Below are positions 38,377 to 45,158 of a DNA stretch of 64,000 nucleotides, in pieces (within the stretch, counting starts at the first letter, position 1; each line of letters begins with the position of its first letter). Made by a program: the position numbers and the translations under genes. Source of the DNA: Fibrobacteria bacterium (GTDB taxonomy: Bacteria; Fibrobacterota; Fibrobacteria; UBA11236); assembly GCA_021155885.1 (NCBI GenBank), contig JAJNBB010000003.1:9528-73527 (forward strand), read 5' to 3'. A model generated the notes under the pieces. The model was given only the letters and a program-made list of their open reading frames with translations, searched no databases and had not been told where the DNA came from.

Positions 38377-38489
38377 GCGAACTCCTTGAACATGGACCCC
38401 GTCCAAAGGCCGACGGCCTTCGGACTCAAACACTGGACACAAACACAGACCCGATAAACTACAAAGGCTGGAAAGGCCTGAATCTGACA

Positions 38490-38576
38490 CAGAGAGGGGG
38501 GGATTCGAACCCCCGTGAGGCGTTAACCCCAACATGCTTTCCAAGCATGTACCTTAAACCACTCGGACACCCCTCT
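38490..38576 (-). tRNA. tRNA-Ser (anticodon GGA), type II with a long variable arm
   Basis: Hand-folded. Acceptor AGAGGGG/CCTCTCT (one G-U pair), D arm, anticodon stem CATGC/GCATG with loop TTGGAAA, a long variable arm, and T arm GGGGG-TTCGAAT-CCCCC. CCA is not encoded. Confidence 0.85.
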
Positions 38577-38676
38577 AGGTCAGGGTCGGGAAAGGTAGGA
38601 AATCTGGGGGGGAAATCCTAGGTGGTGTGGGGAAAATCGGCGTATTTGGCTGAGATTATGCGATTTGGATTTAAAT

Positions 38677-38794
38677 GTTGGGAGTTGGGCGTTGGGGGTT
38701 GGGAGTAAGGAATTCCAACCTTGTGTGTTCTGATTTTAACTCCCAACTCCCAACGACGAAGCTTTGACCCGGGTATTGTTCCCAACCCCAACCC
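38677..38794. repeat. heptamer-array inverted repeat element A (GTTGGGN x4 plus inverted partial copies)
   Basis: GTTGGGA GTTGGGC GTTGGGG GTTGGGA (38677-38704), a 35-nt spacer, then CTCCCAAC TCCCAAC (38740-54) and TCCCAACCCCAACCC (38780-94) abutting the stop of the ABC gene. Confidence 0.8.
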
Positions 38795-38797
38795 GTC

Positions 38798-40567
38798 TTA
38801 AATCTCCCCAAAACTCTGCAGCTGATACAGCTTCGCGTAAATCCCGCCCTGGGCCAGCAGCGCCTGGTGCGTTCCCTCTTCCCGGATTTCTCCCTTGTGC
38901 ATGACCAGGATACGGTCGGCGTTCTTGATCGTCGACAAGCGGTGGGCCACCACGATGGTGGTGACCTCCTTGAGAACCTTCCCGAGGGCTTCCTGGATCA
39001 GCCCCTCGGTTTCGGTGTCGACCGAGGCCGTGGCCTCGTCGAGCAGCAAGAGCCGGGGGCTTTGGTAGAGGGCCCGCGCCAGGGCCAGAAGCTGGCGTTG
39101 GCCCGTGGACAGGTTCTCGCCGCGCTGGCGGAGCGGCGTCAGGTAGCCCTCGGGCAACGCGGCGATGAACTCGTGGGCGCGCACGTGGCGGCAGACCTCC
39201 TCCACGCGCACTAGGTCGAAGTCGGGGCGCAGCGCCACGTTGAAGGCGATCGATTCGGAGAACAGGTGGACGTCCTGCGGGATCAGGGCCATGTGGCTGC
39301 GCAGCGCGACCTCGGAGTATTCCTCGATGGGGTGGTCGCCGATGAGGACGCGTCCGCCGGTGGGCAGGTAGAACTTGCTCGCCAGGGAGATCAAGGTGCT
39401 CTTGCCGCTTCCCGTCGCGCCGACCACGGCCACCGACTCGCCCTCGCGGATCCCGAACGAGATGCCATGCAGCACTTCCGGCCCGCCGGGGTAGGCGAAG
39501 CGGACGTCCTCGAAGCGCATGCGGAAGGGCGCGGGCAGTTCGGTGCGGTCGCCCTCGGGAAGGCTGGCCTCGGTGTCGTACAGCGTGAACACGCGCTCGC
39601 CCGCGGCCAGCGCGGATTGCAGAGCCGTGATCTTGTCGGAGATTTCGCGCAGGGGGCGGAAGAACATCCCGGTATACCAGGAGAAGGCCACCAAGGTGCC
39701 CAAGGTGGTCTCACCCCGGTAGAAGAAATAGGCGCCGGTGAAATAGAGCAGCACCAGCGAAATTTCGGTGAGGCCGCTGATGGTGGGGAAGTAGTAGGCG
39801 TAATAGCGGATGTTCTGGTACCAGGCGTCGCGCGTATCGGCGTTGACCCCGTCCAGGCGCTTCTCGACGTCGCGCGAGCGGCCGAAGATGCGCACGATAT
39901 GCACGCCGCTGAGACTTTCTTGCATGCGCGCGTTCATCTCGGCCAGCAGCTTGCGGATGTGCACGTTGCTCGCGCGCACCTTCTTGCGGAACACCGAGGT
40001 CGCGAGCAGCATCAGCGGCAGCACCACCAGGGAGGCGGCGGCCAGCTTCCAGTCGAGGATGAACATGAAGACCACCGCGTATACGATCAGCAGCAGCGCG
40101 CCGGCGAGCTCGATCAGGCCCTCGGTGAACATGCTGTTGAGGCTGTCCACGTCGTTGCCCAGGCGCGTCATCAGGCGGCCCACGGGGGTGCGGTTGAAGA
40201 AGTCCATGTGAAAGCCCTGGAGCTTGTGGAACAGCTTCAGGCGCAGGGAGTGGATGACTTCGAGGCCCAGTCGCTGGGTCGCCAGGGCCCGCATGTATTC
40301 CAGGGCGCCGCCTCCGAGGGCGAGCAGGCCGAACCCGATCAGGTAGGGAAAGATGCCGTCCATGTTCCGGTCGTGGATCGGCCCGTCGATCATCTTGCGT
40401 AGCAGCTGCGGCTGGAACAGCGGCAGGATTTCCGAAACGACGAGCAGGCCCAGCGCCGTGAAGCCCAGGAGCTTCTTGTCCGCGGCCAGGCTCAGGATGC
40501 GCAGCCAGAGCCGCCGGTCGAGAAAAGACGCGGCCTTGTCGGAGTGGAGGTAGGGTTCAGCGGCCAC
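38798..40567 (-). CDS. ABC exporter, fused permease/ATPase (ABCB/MsbA-like)
   Basis: Six-TM domain followed by Walker A GATGSGKST, LSTGQRQ and LLLDEATS. The start is moved to GTG 40567 (GGAGA RBS) because the 5-prime 20 codons translate repeat element B. Confidence 0.85.
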   Translation of the reverse strand: MAAEPYLHSDKAASFLDRRLWLRILSLAADKKLLGFTALGLLVVSEILPLFQPQLLRKMIDGPIHDRNMDGIFPYLIGFGLLALGGGALEYMRALATQRLGLEVIHSLRLKLFHKLQGFHMDFFNRTPVGRLMTRLGNDVDSLNSMFTEGLIELAGALLLIVYAVVFMFILDWKLAAASLVVLPLMLLATSVFRKKVRASNVHIRKLLAEMNARMQESLSGVHIVRIFGRSRDVEKRLDGVNADTRDAWYQNIRYYAYYFPTISGLTEISLVLLYFTGAYFFYRGETTLGTLVAFSWYTGMFFRPLREISDKITALQSALAAGERVFTLYDTEASLPEGDRTELPAPFRMRFEDVRFAYPGGPEVLHGISFGIREGESVAVVGATGSGKSTLISLASKFYLPTGGRVLIGDHPIEEYSEVALRSHMALIPQDVHLFSESIAFNVALRPDFDLVRVEEVCRHVRAHEFIAALPEGYLTPLRQRGENLSTGQRQLLALARALYQSPRLLLLDEATASVDTETEGLIQEALGKVLKEVTTIVVAHRLSTIKNADRILVMHKGEIREEGTHQALLAQGGIYAKLYQLQSFGEI

Positions 40568-40581
40568 GATATTCTCCGGAA

Positions 40582-40725
40582 ACGAAGCTTCGTAAATGAT
40601 GAATGATGAATGCTGAATGATGAACAAAACGGCAGGCCGGATACCGGGTCGAATTCAAGCCGGATTTTAATTCCAAAGGGTATCCTTTTTTTCTTGCATC
40701 ATTCAGCATTCATCACTCATCATTC
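40582..40725. repeat. heptamer-array inverted repeat element B (GAATGAT-type x4, 28-nt arms)
   Basis: Left arm AAATGAT GAATGAT GAATGCT GAATGAT (40594-40621). Right arm ATCATTC AGCATTC ATCACTC ATCATTC (40698-40725), which is the reverse complement with 2 mismatches. The spacer is 76 nt, and the element is preceded by the palindrome ACGAAGCTTCGT (40582-93). Confidence 0.85.
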
Positions 40726-40731
40726 CGCGCA

Positions 40732-42534
40732 TTACGCGCGCTCCAGGCTTTCGCTCAGCCGCTGCTTTTCCCAGATCCCGGCATAATGGCCGCGCAGGCG
40801 CAGCAACTCCTCGTGCGTTCCCTGCTCGACGATGCGGCCGTTGTCGAGGTACAGGATGCGGTTGCAGTGCATCACGGCCGAATAGCGGTGCGCCACGATG
40901 ACCAGGCAGCGCTCGCGGAAGAGTTTGCGCAGGTGTTCGAGAACGAATTCCTCGGTCTCGGCGTCCAGCGCCGAAAGGGTGTCGTCGAGGCACAGCACGG
41001 GGGCGGGGGACAGGAGCGCGCGCGACAGGCCCACGCGCTGACGCTGCCCGCCGCTGAGGTTGATGCCCTTTTCGCCCAGCATGCTGGCGTAGCCGTTGGG
41101 GAACTGCGGCAGGTCGCGCGCGAGGCCCGACCACTCGGCGGCCTGCTCGGCGGTGAGCGGCGGGCGCTCGTCTCCGCCGAACAAAATGTTCTCGCGAATC
41201 GTGGTCGAGAAGAGAAACCCGTCCTGCGGCGCGTAGCTGAAGTGGCTGCGCCATACCTCGTCCGGCACCTGGTTTCGCGGCTGCCCGTTCAGCTGCAGGG
41301 ATTCCGGATCCGCGGGAGGGTAGAGGCCGCACAGCAGGTGGGCGAGGGTGGTCTTGCCCGACCCCGTGGCCCCCACGATGCCCAAAGTTTCCCCCGGCTT
41401 GAGGGTAAAGGAAATATCGTCCAGCACCTTCGGGCCGCCGGCGTAATGGAAATCCAGGCCGCGCGCTTCCAATGAGCGGAAGTCCGCCGGCGGGGCGGGG
41501 GGAGGCTCCGCCTCCGTGCCGTCGCGGGGGACCAGCGCGTAGGGGATGATGAATTCGGATTTAAGCTGGAGCAATCGGTCCACCGACACGTTGCCCCGCT
41601 GGATCATGCTGGCGACCCAGCCCAGCCCGATGAGGGGAAATTGCAGGCGCAGCAGGTACAGGATCGCGGCCGACAAGGTGCCGAGGGTGATCTCGCCCTG
41701 GATCACCATGCGCCCGCCGAGCCAGGCTGAAAGCACGATGCCGATCACGCCCAGCACGCCGATGAGGGGCCATACGCCGGCGTTGAAGCGGGCGATTTGC
41801 AGGGAAGAATCCCGCAAGCTCGCCGAGGCGGCGCTGAATTTTTCCTCGAAGGGGGCCGAGCGCCCAAAGCCCTTCACGACCTGGATGCCGGAGAGCGTGT
41901 CCTGGACGAAACCGTTCAGGGTCGACAGGCTTTTCTGGATCTTGCCGAAGTGCGAGTACATGCGGATCAAAAAGAAGTTGGCCAGCACGGGCATCACGAG
42001 CGCGGGCAGCAGACCGGTCAGCAGCAGCTTGGGGCTGAGCAGGGCCACCGCGACGGCGGTGAAGATCAGCAGGCAGCCCATGCGGGCCAGGTGCAGGATC
42101 ACCGGGCCGACCATGTCGCGGATGCGGTCGAGGTCGTTGGTGGCGCGCGACATCAGATCGCCGGTGTTCTGCTTGTCGAAGAAGGCCTTGGGTTGCGCCA
42201 TCAGGGCCGAGAACAGGTCGCGGCGCAGGGAGTATTCCATTTCGCGCGAGGCGCGGATCACCCACAGGCGCTGGTAAAAGAGAAGCACGCCCGAAACGGC
42301 CGTGACCGCGAGGATGACGGCGAGCGCGATCGCGACGGGCCGCAGGCCCTCGCCCGCGCCCAGGCTGTCGAGAATCACCTTGATCATCCAGGGGTTGACC
42401 TGATCCAGCGCCGTGGAGATCACCACGAACGCCCAGCCCCATAAAATGGGGCCGCGATGCACGACCAGATAAGGCTTCAGCAGGGCCCAGCGTTGCGCCA
42501 GGCCGGTTTTGGGAGTCGACTTTTTGGAGCTCAA
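40732..42534 (-). CDS. ABC exporter, fused permease/ATPase (partner of 38798-40567)
   Basis: TM domain followed by GATGSGKTT, LSGGQRQ and LCLDDTLS. The start is uncertain. The tracked 707-aa ORF reads through tRNA-Gln, so I place the start at in-frame TTG 42534 (MSSKKSTPK...). Confidence 0.75.
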   Translation of the reverse strand: MSSKKSTPKTGLAQRWALLKPYLVVHRGPILWGWAFVVISTALDQVNPWMIKVILDSLGAGEGLRPVAIALAVILAVTAVSGVLLFYQRLWVIRASREMEYSLRRDLFSALMAQPKAFFDKQNTGDLMSRATNDLDRIRDMVGPVILHLARMGCLLIFTAVAVALLSPKLLLTGLLPALVMPVLANFFLIRMYSHFGKIQKSLSTLNGFVQDTLSGIQVVKGFGRSAPFEEKFSAASASLRDSSLQIARFNAGVWPLIGVLGVIGIVLSAWLGGRMVIQGEITLGTLSAAILYLLRLQFPLIGLGWVASMIQRGNVSVDRLLQLKSEFIIPYALVPRDGTEAEPPPAPPADFRSLEARGLDFHYAGGPKVLDDISFTLKPGETLGIVGATGSGKTTLAHLLCGLYPPADPESLQLNGQPRNQVPDEVWRSHFSYAPQDGFLFSTTIRENILFGGDERPPLTAEQAAEWSGLARDLPQFPNGYASMLGEKGINLSGGQRQRVGLSRALLSPAPVLCLDDTLSALDAETEEFVLEHLRKLFRERCLVIVAHRYSAVMHCNRILYLDNGRIVEQGTHEELLRLRGHYAGIWEKQRLSESLERA

Positions 42535-42714
42535 GCGTGTCGTCCGTTCGCGCGAAAAAAAAGCACGATGTTTTTTTATGCAGGCAAAGATAGAAGAGTT
42601 GCTCTTCCGTGAAATCGATTCAAAACGGAGCGGTTCGCCCCCGATAGAGCGCTGCGCAGGTGCGGGAGGCTGGACGCGTGGCCACGGACGAGCCCGGGGG
42701 CCTGAAATTCCCCT

Positions 42715-42743
42715 TTGACGCTGGGTGGCGAGACTGCTACTTT
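42715..42743 (+). promoter_or_regulatory. candidate sigma70 promoter of tRNA-Gln
   Basis: TTGACG (42715-20), a 17-nt spacer, then TACTTT (42738-43), 12 nt before the mature tRNA 5-prime end. Confidence 0.45.
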
Positions 42744-42755
42744 GACGCACCTCGT

Positions 42756-42829
42756 TGGGGTGTCGTCCAATGGTAGGACTCCAGATTCTGATTCTGGCTA
42801 TTGAGGTTCGAATCCTTGCACCCCAACCA
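42756..42829 (+). tRNA. tRNA-Gln (anticodon CTG), CCA encoded
   Basis: Hand-folded. Acceptor TGGGGTG/CACCCCA (U1-A72, as in tRNA-Gln), D arm GTCC/GGAC, anticodon arm CCAGA-TTCTGAT-TCTGG, T arm TGAGG-TTCGAAT-CCTTG, discriminator A, CCA. Confidence 0.88.
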
Positions 42830-42940
42830 CTTTCCCACCCTTGATTCGTGCTCATCCGTGCTTATGGGTTATACACCCTATGTAACGGTTTGATACCTGT
42901 TCATAAATAGAGCCCAGGATACAAAAACCCTGGAGTTTCT

Positions 42941-43186
42941 ATGCCCACAGAAGAAATCAAACAGGCGATTCTGGAAGAGATCCGACCCCATTTTGGGGCC
43001 TTTCGGGATGTAGATGCAATGCTGGATTTTCTTTTCACCCTAAACCGATTAAAGCCGGAACTCTTTCGGTTTTGGAAAGACGGGCGATCTTATCCAGTCA
43101 CCCGGATTTTTGTTTTACCTGAATTCGAGAAGCATCAAGCGTCAAGAGCTGCCCGTTGCGGCCAGCTGCCGGGTAGGTATCAATGA
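42941..43186 (+). CDS. hypothetical protein (81 aa) in the lower-GC islet
   Basis: GGAG lies 6 nt upstream of the ATG. No family recognised. The local composition is visibly more AT-rich than the flanks. Confidence 0.4.
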   Translation: MPTEEIKQAILEEIRPHFGAFRDVDAMLDFLFTLNRLKPELFRFWKDGRSYPVTRIFVLPEFEKHQASRAARCGQLPGRYQ

Positions 43187-43202
43187 GTGCCTATCTATTT
43201 CG

Positions 43203-43218
43203 CATAATATATATTATG
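43203..43218. promoter_or_regulatory. perfect 16-bp AT palindrome, candidate operator
   Basis: CATAATATATATTATG, located between the two small islet ORFs. Confidence 0.35.
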
Positions 43219-43298
43219 TAAACTTATTTGCGAAGCGTGCCCGTTTGGAGTTAGCCCCCAGCTCTCTGCAAATTTTCTAAAATCTGCCTTCCAATTGT

Positions 43299-43320
43299 CT
43301 GTATGTTGTGTACTGTATGT
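43299..43320 (+). promoter_or_regulatory. direct repeats CTGTATGT x2 (14-nt period), candidate RHH operator
   Basis: CTGTATGT at 43299-306 and 43313-320, followed by TGTACA, about 40 nt upstream of the RHH gene start. Confidence 0.3.
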
Positions 43321-43357
43321 ACATAGGCTTGCCTACGAACACGCCCCGGAGGTTCCG

Positions 43358-43567
43358 ATGGAATACCCTAAACTCGGCAAAACGCGCCGTAACCTGTATA
43401 TGGGTTCCGAATACCTGGACCTGGAGGCTATCGCGGTCAACGAGCGCAAGCGCACCGGCCGCGCGGTCAGCGTATCCGACCTTATCCGCAAGGCCTGCGT
43501 CGAGTATGCGAACGCGTATTGGAGCCGGATGACGAAGGCGCCCGCGCCGCGTTCCACCGACGTGTGA
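43358..43567 (+). CDS. ribbon-helix-helix (CopG/Arc-like) DNA-binding protein, 69 aa
   Basis: RRNLYMGSEYLDLEAIAVNERKRTGRAVSVSDLIRKACVEY has the beta-strand/helix-helix pattern of RHH proteins. GGAGG lies 6 nt upstream of ATG 43358. Confidence 0.55.
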   Translation: MEYPKLGKTRRNLYMGSEYLDLEAIAVNERKRTGRAVSVSDLIRKACVEYANAYWSRMTKAPAPRSTDV

Positions 43568-43586
43568 AGGCTGAATCGTCCGCGGG

Positions 43587-45155
43587 TTGCTAACGTCTAC
43601 TTTTCCGTTCCATCGTCCTCCAGAGGTTCTCATTTTCGGCTACGCGGAAACCCACTACAAGTTCAGGCTGCCCTGGTCGCCGCTGCACAAGCCGTGGCCG
43701 GAGATTTTTCTCGACGCGCCGCACCAGGCGTTACCCGGGAAGCCGCTGATCGTTTATTTGATGGTCAAGGACGCGGATCTGTATCCGGTCACGATTCATT
43801 CCCTAAATTTCAGGGCCTTCGATTCCCAGGGAGCGGCTCGCGAATACCGTTTCGAGCCGGAAAAGCGCTTCCACGGCAACTTCTCGCACCTGGCCTTTCC
43901 CCTGCCCCTCGCGCGCGACGGCCTGAGCGGCGAGGTGTGGGTCCTGGGTTTGATCACCGCCGAGGACGGACGCGGGCGCCTGCGCGTCTTCGAGGGGCAC
44001 AACTTCCCCGGCCTGCCTGCCGAACCCCTGCGCATCAACCTGCTGGAACATCCCCTGCCCTACCCCGCCGGGTGGCAGGCGGGTGAAATGCACTGCCACA
44101 GCGAATTTTCCTCCGACCCGGTGGAGTTCGGCGCGCCCCTTGAGGCCATGCAGCAAGCGGCGGACACCGCGGGGCTGGACTTCGTGCTGTGCACCGACCA
44201 CTCCTACGACTTCTATTACCGGCGCGAGAAATTCCTGGAGACCTGCGACCCGGAGGCGAACTTCCAGGCCTACCGCGCGCAGGCGGAGGATTTGAATGCG
44301 CGCCGCCCGCATTTGACGACCTTGGTCCCGGGCGAGGAAGTATCGTGCGGCAACAGCCGGGGCGAAAACGTCCACCTGCTGACCTTCGGGCACCCGCGGT
44401 TTCTGCCCGGGCTCGGGGACGGCGGGCGGCGCGGCTTTCGCAACCGTCCGGACCTAACCATCGCGGAGACCCTGGAATTGCTGGGCGATACGCCGAGCTT
44501 CGCCGCCCACCCCAAGGCCCGCATCGGCTGGCTCGAGCGCAAGATTTTCCGGCGCGGCGAATGGCGCGAGGAAGATGTACACGAGGCGGTGCGGGGCCTG
44601 CAGTTCTGGAACGGCCATCTGGGCCGCGATTACCGCGACGGCAAGGCCTTCTGGATCGGGCAACTGCTGCGCGGAAAAAGACTGCTCCCGATCGGGGCGA
44701 ACGACGCGCACGGCGACTTCAACCGCAACGTGGGCGTGAAGACTCCGCTCGTGTCCCTGCATCAGGGGCGCAACCACGTGTTCGGGAAGGTGCGCACCCT
44801 GGTGCCCAGCGCCGGGCGCGACGCGCACTCCCTGCAGGCCGCCTTCCGGCGGGATACCTGCGTCTGCACCGACGGCCCCTTCGCCGAACTCACCGAAGAC
44901 GCGAACGGCGCCCTGCGCGTCGCCGCCTTTACCTCGCCGGATTACGGGGCGCTGCGGTCGGTGAGCCTGTATGGCGCGGCCGCGGGAGAGGCCCGCGAAA
45001 GCCTGCTGGCCGAATGGGTGTTCGAAAAAACCGACGGGGGGCCGCACAGTTTCGAGGAAAAAAGAGCCTTCGGGCAGGGCACGGGATACATGCGCGCCGA
45101 GGTGGTCACCGACAAGGGACGGCGCGCCCTGACCTCCGCCGTGTTTCTGGATTAG
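43587..45155 (+). CDS. PHP-domain metallophosphoesterase with an uncharacterised N-terminal domain
   Basis: PHP metal ligand motifs HCHSEFSSDP, CTDHSYD, NVHLLTFG and GANDAHG. The first roughly 150 aa has no recognised domain. The TTG start is uncertain. Confidence 0.7.
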   Translation: MLTSTFPFHRPPEVLIFGYAETHYKFRLPWSPLHKPWPEIFLDAPHQALPGKPLIVYLMVKDADLYPVTIHSLNFRAFDSQGAAREYRFEPEKRFHGNFSHLAFPLPLARDGLSGEVWVLGLITAEDGRGRLRVFEGHNFPGLPAEPLRINLLEHPLPYPAGWQAGEMHCHSEFSSDPVEFGAPLEAMQQAADTAGLDFVLCTDHSYDFYYRREKFLETCDPEANFQAYRAQAEDLNARRPHLTTLVPGEEVSCGNSRGENVHLLTFGHPRFLPGLGDGGRRGFRNRPDLTIAETLELLGDTPSFAAHPKARIGWLERKIFRRGEWREEDVHEAVRGLQFWNGHLGRDYRDGKAFWIGQLLRGKRLLPIGANDAHGDFNRNVGVKTPLVSLHQGRNHVFGKVRTLVPSAGRDAHSLQAAFRRDTCVCTDGPFAELTEDANGALRVAAFTSPDYGALRSVSLYGAAAGEARESLLAEWVFEKTDGGPHSFEEKRAFGQGTGYMRAEVVTDKGRRALTSAVFLD

Positions 45156-45158
45156 GCC

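Noticed and set aside
40568-40627. An N-terminal extension MFIIQHSSFIIYEASFPENI of the ABC exporter ORF.
   Set aside because: These codons are simply the translation of the heptamer repeat arm of element B. An in-frame GTG at 40567 with a GGAGA RBS gives a normal exporter N-terminus.
38677-40725. Whether the short tandem repeats (GTTGGGN, GAATGAT) could be a CRISPR array or minisatellite.
   Set aside because: The repeats are 7 nt, contiguous, without spacers, and paired with inverted copies. There are no cas genes in the window. The geometry is wrong for CRISPR.
42535-42855. The first roughly 107 codons of the 707-aa ORF 40732-42855.
   Set aside because: This part runs antisense through tRNA-Gln (42756-42829) and its promoter, and its translation has no transporter features. 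The true start must lie downstream. I suggest TTG 42534, but this remains uncertain.
42941-43567. A toxin-antitoxin module formed by the 81-aa ORF and the RHH protein.
   Set aside because: The RHH gene is not followed or preceded by a recognisable toxin fold (no PIN, RelE, MazF or HicA motifs). The two ORFs are 170 nt apart with their own signals, so the evidence is insufficient.
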